The notes under the pieces were generated by a model. That model saw nothing but the letters and a program-made list of their open reading frames with translations, was not told where the DNA came from and did no database searches. This document shows, one piece after another, positions 19,080-27,485 of a stretch of DNA of 53,956 bases (its first letter is position 1; every line of letters starts with the position of its first letter). Made by a program: the position numbers and the translations under genes. Location: NCBI GenBank assembly GCA_964414845.1, contig CAYPYV010000002.1, forward strand, positions 1 to 53,956, read 5' to 3'. Source of the DNA: an uncultured Devosia sp. (GTDB taxonomy: Bacteria > Pseudomonadota > Alphaproteobacteria > Rhizobiales > Devosiaceae).

Positions 19080-19099
19080 ATATAACTTGTTGGTTATAT
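19080..19099. promoter_or_regulatory. Palindromic operator upstream of the ArsR-SRPBCC-VOC operon
   Basis: ATATAAC-TTGTTG-GTTATAT inverted repeat just upstream of the ArsR start. Confidence 0.7.
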
Positions 19100-19218
19100 G
19101 CATCATCGCGCATTAACAAGACCAATCCAGCAATTGCGTAGTCGTACGGATTTCCGTGCTGGATCGACCGCGGGGTGTATGGTGGACCTCCCCTTCTTCT
19201 GCCGAATCCCCCGACGCC

Positions 19219-20616
19219 ATGCCCCAATCCACCGCCCAAGGCCGCAACATCGCCCTCGTGGTTGCTGCCTCCTTCTTCATGCAGATCCTCGATGGCGTGA
19301 TTATCGTCACGGCCCTGCCCCGCATGGCGGAGGATTTCGGTGTGCGCCCGCTCGACATGAGCATCGGGGTCACCGCCTATATGCTGACCGCGGCAATCAT
19401 CATCCCTGCGGCAGGGTGGCTTGCTGACCGCTTCGGCGCGCGGCTGGTCTTCGTGATCGCGATCGGCATATTCACCGTCGCGTCACTCTGTTGCGGCCTC
19501 GCGCCCGACCTGCCGACCTTCGTCGCGGCACGCATCGTGCAAGGCGCGGCCGGCGCGCTGATGTTCCCGATCGGCCGGATCATCGTGCTGCGCAGTGTCG
19601 AGAAGTCAGAGATCGTGCAGGCCATCGGCCTCACGGTCTGGCCGGCTTTGTTCGCTCCGGTGATCGGGCCGGCGATCGGCGGCTTCTTCACAACCTATGT
19701 CAGCTGGCACTGGAATTTCTTTATCAACGTCCCGCTCGGCATTGCCGGTATGGCCCTGGTGATGGCGATCGTGCCGAAGGATGGCGAGCCCGCGGACAAG
19801 CCGTTCGACTGGATCGGCTTTGCCTTGACGGGCCTAGCGCTGGCCGGCTTGCTCTATGGCTTCGACGGGCTTGCACAGGGTACGGTTCCCACCGAACTGG
19901 GATGGGCACTGGCGGGCGCCGGCCTGCTGCTCGCCATAGTTGCGATCATGTGGCTCAGGCACGCATCCCACCCCCTGCTCGACCTCGCGAGCCTCAGGGT
20001 GCCGACTTTTGCAGCATCCGAATTGCAGGCGGGTGCGTTCCTCAGGCTGACCATCAACGCCACGCCTTTCATCCTCCCGCTGATGTTCCAGATCGGCTTC
20101 GGGCTCGATCCGCTGGCAGCGGGCAGCCTCGTGCTGGTCTACTTCCTCGGCAACCTTGTCATGAAGGCAGCGACCACACGCATACTCAAGGGTTTCGGGT
20201 TCCGCCGAATCCTGATCGGCAATGGGGTGCTCGCCGGCCTTGCCATCATCGCCTGCGGGCTGCTTTCGCCCGACACGGCCTACCCCCTGACCGCCGCAGC
20301 CCTGTTTATCGCCGGGTTGTCGCGCTCGATGCAGTTTACCGCACTCGCCACCCTCGCATTCGCAGATGTCGACGCAGAGCGCCGCTCATCGGCCTCGACG
20401 CTCTCGAGCATGTTCCAGCAGGTCCTGATGGTGTTCGGAATCGCCGCCTCGGCAGGCATCCTCAATGTGTCGGCTTTGCTCCGCAATGCGCCGCTCGGCA
20501 TCGAGGACTTCCGCGTGGCGCTGTTCATCATGGGCGGGCTCTGCGCCGCGTCGGCATTGCAGTTCCTGCTGCTGCCCGCCAACGCCGGCGCGGAGGTTTC
20601 CGGCCACCGCGCCTGA
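19219..20616 (+). CDS. MFS transporter, DHA2 (EmrB/QacA-like) family
   Basis: FMQILDGVII, GWLADRFGAR (motif A), APVIGPAIGG, WHWNFFINVPLG; start trimmed to MPQSTA. Confidence 0.92.
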   Translation: MPQSTAQGRNIALVVAASFFMQILDGVIIVTALPRMAEDFGVRPLDMSIGVTAYMLTAAIIIPAAGWLADRFGARLVFVIAIGIFTVASLCCGLAPDLPTFVAARIVQGAAGALMFPIGRIIVLRSVEKSEIVQAIGLTVWPALFAPVIGPAIGGFFTTYVSWHWNFFINVPLGIAGMALVMAIVPKDGEPADKPFDWIGFALTGLALAGLLYGFDGLAQGTVPTELGWALAGAGLLLAIVAIMWLRHASHPLLDLASLRVPTFAASELQAGAFLRLTINATPFILPLMFQIGFGLDPLAAGSLVLVYFLGNLVMKAATTRILKGFGFRRILIGNGVLAGLAIIACGLLSPDTAYPLTAAALFIAGLSRSMQFTALATLAFADVDAERRSSASTLSSMFQQVLMVFGIAASAGILNVSALLRNAPLGIEDFRVALFIMGGLCAASALQFLLLPANAGAEVSGHRA

Positions 20617-20617
20617 G

Positions 20618-21955
20618 CTACTTCCGGGCTATCCGCCAGATTGTGCCGCTGCCGTCTTCGGACATGTAGAGCGCGCCATCCGGCCCCTCGGTGATCCCGA
20701 CGGGACGCCCCCAGACCTGCTCGTCATCAATGACAAACCCGATGGCGAAATCCTCGTATACGCCGGTAGCGCGGCCGCTCGCGTCGAAATCCAGCCGCAC
20801 AAGCTTGTACCCGGTGCGGCTACCACGGTTCCACGATCCGCGCAGCGTTACAAAGGCGTCTCCTGCATAGTCGGCGCCGAGCGCCTTGCCCGAATGGAAG
20901 GCGATGCCGAGCGGCGCCGAATGTGCCTGGAACATCACATCGGGCACGGTGACCTTGCCCTTCAGATCGTCGCGCGGCTGCGACGCCCAGCGCGGGTCGG
21001 GATTGTCGCCGATATAGAACCACGGCCAGCCATAGAAGTGGCCCTCCGCAACGCTGGTAGCGTAGTCGTATGGGACATTGTCGCCGAGCCCGTCGCGCTC
21101 ATTGACGACGCACCAGAGCGCCCCGGTCTGCGGCTGAACCGTCATTCCGCTGCAGTTGCGCAGGCCCGTCGCGTAGATGCGCTCGTTCTTGCCGTCAGGA
21201 TCGTAGGCCAGAACGACGGCGCGTCGCTCCTCCTGGTTCCAGGCAGCGCCGAGCGGCTGGCTTTTGATCCAGGCGTCGAGACCACCGCTGGGCGAAGAGC
21301 CGATCTGTCGCGCGACATTGGAGTCGGACCCGACCGCGACATACATCACCGCACCATCTGGCGAAAACGCGATGTCGCGCGTCCAGTGCCCGCCAGTGGG
21401 CAGTTCGGGCACGATCACCTCGGGATCAGCTGTCGCCATCCCGTCCGCGGCGTTCCAAGCAAAGCGCACGACGCGCCCGGTCTCCGCGACATAGAGCCAC
21501 TTCGGGTCATTGGCCGGGTAGAAGGCGAGGCCATAGGGCGCATCAAGGCCGCTGGCCCACACCTTCGGCGTAGCGCTGCCCCCGGCAAGGTCGGCGGCGG
21601 CAATGAACAGCACCTCGCCCGACGCACTGTCGGCAATGTAGAGGTCGCCATTGGGTGCGAAGCGCAGAACACGCGGTTGCGGAATTCCCTCTGCGACAAG
21701 CGTGGCGGCGAACCCCTCGGGGACTATCGGGCCAGCATTGGCCGGTCGGTCGACGCCACCCGGTGCGTTGGAGGCCGAGTTGTCCATAGCCGGTGCTTCG
21801 AGATCGCGCTCGGTGATCAGACGCTTCACGCCTGGCTTGTCAGCCCGCCAGTCGCCGAACGCAGCCTTGCCGGTAAGGGGCGCATCCTGGGCCATGGCTG
21901 GAATTGCCATCAGCATGGCGGCCATAGCCGTCATCGTTGCCAGGTGCGTGCGCAT
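20618..21955 (-). CDS. Periplasmic glucose/sorbosone dehydrogenase family protein
   Basis: Signal peptide; GGHWTR, ATGLRN, NERDGLGD, FYGWPW, HSAPLG, GSWNR, WGRPVG; start MRTHLA at 21955 with GAGGAG RBS. Confidence 0.88.
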   Translation of the reverse strand: MRTHLATMTAMAAMLMAIPAMAQDAPLTGKAAFGDWRADKPGVKRLITERDLEAPAMDNSASNAPGGVDRPANAGPIVPEGFAATLVAEGIPQPRVLRFAPNGDLYIADSASGEVLFIAAADLAGGSATPKVWASGLDAPYGLAFYPANDPKWLYVAETGRVVRFAWNAADGMATADPEVIVPELPTGGHWTRDIAFSPDGAVMYVAVGSDSNVARQIGSSPSGGLDAWIKSQPLGAAWNQEERRAVVLAYDPDGKNERIYATGLRNCSGMTVQPQTGALWCVVNERDGLGDNVPYDYATSVAEGHFYGWPWFYIGDNPDPRWASQPRDDLKGKVTVPDVMFQAHSAPLGIAFHSGKALGADYAGDAFVTLRGSWNRGSRTGYKLVRLDFDASGRATGVYEDFAIGFVIDDEQVWGRPVGITEGPDGALYMSEDGSGTIWRIARK

Positions 21956-21979
21956 GTCTCGTCTCCTCGCTCGGTCGCC

Positions 21980-22005
21980 AACTCCTGCTCGAACAGGTAG
22001 GTTCC
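21980..22005 (-). promoter_or_regulatory. Putative EcfG (general stress sigma) promoter
   Basis: Minus strand GGAAC-N17-AGTT just upstream of the sorbosone dehydrogenase RBS. Confidence 0.45.
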
Positions 22006-22106
22006 CCCGGGCCGGTTGCAAAGCCGATGTCGAAATCGTTATATCGGCAGATGACGATGAAGCAGATGCCGAGGCTGGCCGCTGCCAGAACGTGAAGAAG
22101 ATATCC

Positions 22107-23237
22107 ATGTCCCGCCTGTTTTCTCCCTTTTCCCTCCGTGGCCTGACCCTGCGCAACCGAACGGTAGTGGCGCCGATGTGCCAGTACTCGGCGCAGCACG
22201 GCTACGCCAACGACTGGCACCTGGTGCACCTGGGACGGTTTGCGCTTGGCGGGTTCGGCCTCGTCATCCTGGAGGCCACCGGTGTCGTCCCGGAGGGGCG
22301 GATTTCCTATGGAGACCTCGGGCTTTGGGAAGATGGGCAGATCGCGCCGCTCAAGCGGATCGTCGACTTTCTCCACCAGAATGGCAGCGCGGCCGGCATT
22401 CAGCTGGCCCATGCCGGCCGCAAGGCCTCGACGCCGATCGCGTGGCGGCATGGTTTCAACGAGACCGAAGAAGAAAAACAGAGATTCGCCTTCGAGAGCT
22501 GGACGCCAGTGGCTCCAAGCCCCGAACCCCACAATGCTAGCCCGACCTTCACCAAGCCGACCGAACTCGATGCCCCCGGCATAAGGCACGTCATTGACGG
22601 GTTCGTTTCTGCGGCGAAACGCGCCGAAGCGGCAGGCTTCGACACGATCGAAATCCATGCCGCACATGGCTACCTCATCAACCAGTTCCTTTCGCCACTG
22701 GCCAACCACCGCACCGACCAGTATGGCGGCAGTCGTGAGAACCGCATGCGCCTCCTGCTCGAAATCACCGAAGCAGTGCGCGCAGTTTGGCCAGCAAGCA
22801 AGCCGTTGCTCGTCCGTATCTCGGCAGTGGACGGGGTCGCGGGTGGCTGGACGCTCGAGGACAGCGTCGCGCTCACGGGCGAACTCAAGGCGCGCGGCGT
22901 CGACATGGTCGATTGCTCGTCGGGTGGTTTCGACGGATTCAGCCTGAAGCCCGGCCCGCTCTACCAGGTGCCCTTTGCCAAGGCGGTGCGCGATGCCGGC
23001 ATGCCGTCCATGGCCGTCGGTCTGATATCGGACCCGCACGCCGCAGAAGCGATTGTGGTCAAGGAAGAGGCCGACCTGGTCGCCCTGGCTCGCGGCGCGC
23101 TGGAAGATCCGAACTGGCCCGTTCATGCCCGTCACGCCCTCGAAGGCGGCACCCGCGAGACCTACGATCTCTGGCCGATTCAGGCTCGGGCCCGTATCCG
23201 CGACAAGGACCGCGTGCTCGGCATCCGCGGCGTCTGA
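22107..23237 (+). CDS. NADH:flavin oxidoreductase / old yellow enzyme (YqjM/NamA-like)
   Basis: NRTVVAPMCQYSA, QLAHAGRKAS, EIHAAHGYL, NHRTDQYGGS; start MSRLFS at 22107. Confidence 0.93.
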   Translation: MSRLFSPFSLRGLTLRNRTVVAPMCQYSAQHGYANDWHLVHLGRFALGGFGLVILEATGVVPEGRISYGDLGLWEDGQIAPLKRIVDFLHQNGSAAGIQLAHAGRKASTPIAWRHGFNETEEEKQRFAFESWTPVAPSPEPHNASPTFTKPTELDAPGIRHVIDGFVSAAKRAEAAGFDTIEIHAAHGYLINQFLSPLANHRTDQYGGSRENRMRLLLEITEAVRAVWPASKPLLVRISAVDGVAGGWTLEDSVALTGELKARGVDMVDCSSGGFDGFSLKPGPLYQVPFAKAVRDAGMPSMAVGLISDPHAAEAIVVKEEADLVALARGALEDPNWPVHARHALEGGTRETYDLWPIQARARIRDKDRVLGIRGV

Positions 23238-23381
23238 TCCCCAGCAGCGATCTTCACATCACCCGATTGCGGGCCACGAATTTCCGCAATTGCAAGGTCA
23301 CACTTGTAGCGAGCGCAACCCGCTCTGGCTTGAACGGGGCCAGTCGAACGACCATGTCCGAAGGATAAAAGGGAGAGAGAA

Positions 23382-23804
23382 ATGACCAGCCGCGCCGCCT
23401 TGTTCGCCCTTCTCGCCGTCTGGGGCGTTGGCCTCAGCCCGGTGCTCCCCGCCGTCGCCGAAGACATGGCGGCGGATTCCCTGCCGGAGGCGTCCGGCGA
23501 GGCCCGCCTCGGCTTCACCGACCGGGTCTGGTCGCGATCGGATGACGGCGTGCTGCCTGGCACCATGAAGATCTTTCTGTCCGATGGAACACTTGTGCAG
23601 GACTCCTGCTGGGAGACCCACCGCCTGAGCCCGTGGAAGTTCACCTCCGCCGAGGCCCTCAGCTGGGACGAGGATGGCCGGCCGGTGGAGGCCAAGATCG
23701 TGGCGCTCGCGGATTGCGAACTGGTCCTCGCGATCAATGGCAGCGAGGAGCACTATACCGCGACGCCCCTGCCCTATCTCATCGTGGACAGGCCGCCGGT
23801 CTGA
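23382..23804 (+). CDS. Exported hypothetical protein (beta-rich)
   Basis: GGGAGAG RBS, Sec signal peptide, host-like codon use. Confidence 0.7.
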   Translation: MTSRAALFALLAVWGVGLSPVLPAVAEDMAADSLPEASGEARLGFTDRVWSRSDDGVLPGTMKIFLSDGTLVQDSCWETHRLSPWKFTSAEALSWDEDGRPVEAKIVALADCELVLAINGSEEHYTATPLPYLIVDRPPV

Positions 23805-23809
23805 CCCCG

Positions 23810-24208
23810 TCAGTGCTGCCGGGGGCGGAATGGCAGGCGGAACGGGCTCTGCGGTCCGAGTGCCTTGCGCCGCCACAGGATGAGCGTGCCGAGAAATACG
23901 CCCGATAGCCCGCCGAAGACCTTTGCCCCGATGTCGCTCAGGCGCACGTGCCGGCTGGCGTCGAGCGCCTGAAGCAGTTCGAAGCACACAGCTGCGACGA
24001 CCACCACCAGCGCAATCTGGATTAGGTGCCGGGGATAGGCGGCCGCGAATGCGAGGCCGAGCACCAGCAGGGCCAGGAAACGCTCGAGGTTCGCCGAAGC
24101 GCCGCTATGCGGGCGAAAGCCGCTGGGCGCGAGTGTCACGAACGCAATTGCGAGCAGCAGCGACCAGGCGGCGATGCGGGCAGCGAGCAGAAACAGCGGG
24201 TGGCGCAA
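23810..24208 (-). CDS. VanZ-like membrane protein
   Basis: Four hydrophobic segments, ELLQ...RH...D motif; directly downstream of the priming transferase. Confidence 0.75.
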   Translation of the reverse strand: MRHPLFLLAARIAAWSLLLAIAFVTLAPSGFRPHSGASANLERFLALLVLGLAFAAAYPRHLIQIALVVVVAAVCFELLQALDASRHVRLSDIGAKVFGGLSGVFLGTLILWRRKALGPQSPFRLPFRPRQH

Positions 24209-24223
24209 CCTGGACTTCCGGCT

Positions 24224-25624
24224 TCAGTGGGCGTTCTGGCGTGTCTTGGGCGAGAGCACGGTCAGGATGAGGATCCAGACATCGAGGAAGATCGACCAGT
24301 TCTCGACATAGATCAGATCCATGGCCGTACGGCCCGACATCTGAGCCAGCGTGGTCGTCTCGCCGCGCCAGCCATGCACTTGCGCCCAACCGGTTATCCC
24401 CGGCTTCACCCGCCGGCGCTCGACATAGCGCGGCAAGGCGCAGGCGAGCTCGTCGTCGTGACGGATAGCATGCGGGCGCGGGCCGACGAGGCTCATGTCG
24501 CCGAACAGCACATTGAACAATTGAGGCAATTCGTCGATTGAGCTGGCGCGAAGGAAGCGACCGACTTTGGTCACGCGGGGGTCGCCGCGCCGTGCCTGCA
24601 CCATCTCGTGGCCACTCTCGGTGACCGACATCGAGCGGAACTTCAGGATCGTGAAGGTCGCGCCATTGAGACCACGCCGCTCCTGCCGGAACAGGATCGG
24701 ACCCGGTGAGTCGAGGCGGATCGCGATGGCCGCGCCGATCAGCACAGGCGAAAGCAGCAGGATGCCGACGCCCGCGCCCACGATATCAAGGGCTCGCTTG
24801 AGGAACAGTCCAACGCCGTCGACTGGGCGCGACAGGAAGCGCACCTCGCGCATGGGCACCGAAAGTCCGCTGCTCTCGGGATATTGCGTGACCCAGCTGA
24901 CGCCCACCGAATACGACGCGAGCGAGGCAATGACGCCTTCGAGGCTGGGCACAGCGCTCATGTCGCCAACCAGAACGATCTCGTCCACACCGTCGCCGAT
25001 CCAGGCAGACATCTGCGCACCGAGCGTGTGCCGGCTGTCGCCGCCAAGCAGCCGCCCGAAATCCTCGATGGGCAACCGGTCGATCACGGTCGAGCCGAGG
25101 GGCCCCGCCCAGCGTGGAGACAGGGCGTCGAGGGCTCGCTGCGCGCCGATCATCACTGCGCGGGGACGGGCCTTGTCGAACAGATGGCGCCCGAACGAGG
25201 TGAATTCGAGAAGGCGGAACGTGAGAATGACGCTGCCGCCCGCCATGAAGCAGAACAGCAGTTCGGGGCTGGTAAAGGCCGCACCGAACAGCGCCACCGA
25301 GACGAGGCGCACCAGGGCGAAGGTCATGGTCCAGGTCACGAAGCCGTGCACCATGCGGCGGAGCAGGCGCGCCCTGCCCCAAAGGTCGCGATCAAAGCCG
25401 CTGAGCGTAAAGAGCATCTGCACGACGCCTAGCGCGGCGACGGAAATGAGATCGGCCGGTTTCAGGCCGCCTGCGTGACTTGTCGAAAGATGCAGCACCA
25501 GCAGGACCGCCAGCGCCGCAAGCAGGCCTTCAACGACCGACAGAAGGGCGAGAGCCATGTGGCGCGATGGAACTCGCCCCAAAAGCGCATTGCCGCCTGA
25601 TGCGACCAGCTTTTCTTCGACCAT
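24224..25624 (-). CDS. Priming undecaprenyl-phosphate hexose-1-phosphate transferase (WcaJ/VpsL-like)
   Basis: N-terminal TMs; KRALDI, KFRSM, DELPQLFNV, SLVGPRP, KPGITGWAQ. Confidence 0.93.
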   Translation of the reverse strand: MVEEKLVASGGNALLGRVPSRHMALALLSVVEGLLAALAVLLVLHLSTSHAGGLKPADLISVAALGVVQMLFTLSGFDRDLWGRARLLRRMVHGFVTWTMTFALVRLVSVALFGAAFTSPELLFCFMAGGSVILTFRLLEFTSFGRHLFDKARPRAVMIGAQRALDALSPRWAGPLGSTVIDRLPIEDFGRLLGGDSRHTLGAQMSAWIGDGVDEIVLVGDMSAVPSLEGVIASLASYSVGVSWVTQYPESSGLSVPMREVRFLSRPVDGVGLFLKRALDIVGAGVGILLLSPVLIGAAIAIRLDSPGPILFRQERRGLNGATFTILKFRSMSVTESGHEMVQARRGDPRVTKVGRFLRASSIDELPQLFNVLFGDMSLVGPRPHAIRHDDELACALPRYVERRRVKPGITGWAQVHGWRGETTTLAQMSGRTAMDLIYVENWSIFLDVWILILTVLSPKTRQNAH

Positions 25625-25696
25625 GGATCGCCACCGTCCGTGATGCAGTCAGTTTGAGATCGTTATCAACGGATCCCCCACGCTGCCACGCAGCAA

Positions 25697-25805
25697 TTAG
25701 GACTTAGTTAACCATTAAAAAAACGTTAAAATGCAGTCTATCGGTTAAGTATATGCAAAGGATCGTTACCCTTCGCGACGGCAAGCATGTTAAGGCCTTG
25801 TTAAC
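25697..25805. promoter_or_regulatory. Cluster of CtrA-type boxes in the divergent EPS promoter
   Basis: TTAA-AAAAACG-TTAA (25715-25729), TTAA-GGCCTTG-TTAAC (25790-25805), TTAG-N7-TTAAC (25697-25712), half-site TTAACCAT (25708-25715). Confidence 0.75.
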
Positions 25806-25829
25806 GAACAATCCGACGGGGCCTGCGCC

Positions 25830-26348
25830 ATGCGACCGCTCGCAATTGCCTTCCTGGCTGAAAATCCAGCGCTTTCAGCGCTTCTTGGCAAGGGACTCGA
25901 AGAGGCGGGCAGCCGGGTGGCGGTTTTCTCCGAGCCGGAGGCCTTCAAGACATATCTGCGCATTGCGCCGGTCGACCTCGTGGTGCTGGACGCTGATTGC
26001 AAGGGTATCTCCGCGCCGGAGTTCGCTTGGGAGCTTCGTACGCACCCGAGACTGGCCTCGCAGCATTTCCTCATCGTTGCGCTAACGCGGGCAGACCCGT
26101 CCTTCCGTGGCCAGCTGCACGCCGGGGGCGTCGACCTCGTGTTGGGCAAGCCTATCGGCGCGACCCAGCTTCTGCTCGCGGCCCAAGAGGTTGATCGGCG
26201 TGTAGCTGTTCCTTCCCGCGACAATCGCCATACGGCGCAGCCCGTTGCGGCACGTCGCGCAATCTCGGTCTCGCAGCCGACCCCCTCCCCGCGCCCCGTG
26301 CAGGATAACGTGATCCCGCTTTTTGCTGCGGGACGCCGGCCCCGCTGA
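25830..26348 (+). CDS. Atypical single receiver-domain response regulator with C-terminal tail
   Basis: DLVVLD (phospho-Asp), IVALT, LGKP; acidic pocket reads AEN; no output domain. Confidence 0.75.
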   Translation: MRPLAIAFLAENPALSALLGKGLEEAGSRVAVFSEPEAFKTYLRIAPVDLVVLDADCKGISAPEFAWELRTHPRLASQHFLIVALTRADPSFRGQLHAGGVDLVLGKPIGATQLLLAAQEVDRRVAVPSRDNRHTAQPVAARRAISVSQPTPSPRPVQDNVIPLFAAGRRPR

Positions 26349-26356
26349 GGTAGGGC

Positions 26357-27436
26357 ATGGCCCGCGTATTGATCAATTTCCTGGGCGGCAATCCCGACCA
26401 CCTGTCCGGCATTGCCGTGTACGCGCTGCGCCAGATCGAGGCGTTGCTGAGGCGCAACGGCCACGACTACAGCATCCTCACGTCCTGGCCCCGCGAACGG
26501 CTGGCTGAACACCTGCCGCTCGACCATGTCCGGATCCTTCCGGGACGCTCGCACGGCAGCGAAAAGATTCAGTACCTTATCGAAAACTGGCAGGTATGGC
26601 GCACGGCCCGGGCGATGGGCGCGGATGCCGTTTTCACTCCGTGGCCATTCGGCCCCGCCTTTGGCGCCCGAAAACGCGTCCTCGTGCTGCACGACCTTTA
26701 CCGCGTGACGCACCCAGAGCTGCACAACTGGCACTATCGGCTGGGCTGGAACCTGATGTTCCCGTTTTCGGTCCACCGGTCGCACACTGTCGTCACCGTG
26801 TCCGATGCAACGCGCAACGCCTTCGTGAACCACTATCCGTGGGCGGCAGCAAAGGCGCACACCGTGCTTGAGGCCTCGACGTTGCGCGCCGAACCGCGAT
26901 TGGAACGCCCGCTGGCCCAACGCTATGCACTTGTCGTCTCGACCCCGGCTGTCACCAAGAACCTCGACCGACTGATCGCCGCCCTTGCGTCGCTCGAACG
27001 CGTCGGCGAGGGCATCGACACGGTCTGGATCGGCAAGGACGACGGCTCGGTCAAGGCAGCGCTGGCGGCCAACCCCGGACTGACCCGCTTCCATATGCCG
27101 GGTCGCGTCGACGATACGACTCTGGCGACCTGGTATGCGCATGCGGATTTCTACATCGCACCGTCGCTGACCGAGGGCTTCTGTCTGCCGGTTGTTGAGG
27201 CGCAGAAGCATGGTGTGCCGGTTGTTTGTTCGGATATCGACGTGCTGCGCGAGGTGGCGGGTGATGGCGCGCTGTTCTTTGACCCGCTCGAAGTCACGAG
27301 CATTGCACTGGCGATATCCCGCCTAGCAGGCGACATGGACCTGCGCTCTGAACTATCTGTCGCCGCGCGCGCCAATGCCGAGCGCTTCAGTTGGGACCGG
27401 TCGGCAGCCGAACTCGAAGCGATCTTCGCAGCCTGA
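26357..27436 (+). CDS. Glycosyltransferase family 4
   Basis: LHDL, TVSDAT, KNL, EGFCLPVVE (EX7E). Confidence 0.92.
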   Translation: MARVLINFLGGNPDHLSGIAVYALRQIEALLRRNGHDYSILTSWPRERLAEHLPLDHVRILPGRSHGSEKIQYLIENWQVWRTARAMGADAVFTPWPFGPAFGARKRVLVLHDLYRVTHPELHNWHYRLGWNLMFPFSVHRSHTVVTVSDATRNAFVNHYPWAAAKAHTVLEASTLRAEPRLERPLAQRYALVVSTPAVTKNLDRLIAALASLERVGEGIDTVWIGKDDGSVKAALAANPGLTRFHMPGRVDDTTLATWYAHADFYIAPSLTEGFCLPVVEAQKHGVPVVCSDIDVLREVAGDGALFFDPLEVTSIALAISRLAGDMDLRSELSVAARANAERFSWDRSAAELEAIFAA

Positions 27437-27485
27437 GCGGCTCCAGTCAGATCTTCCGCAGGGGAGAGTTCAGCGGGCGACGCCG

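Noticed and set aside
25830-26348. Cle-type c-di-GMP-binding CheY-like protein
   Set aside because: Tail lacks the [Y/F]xGPx[R/K]R motif
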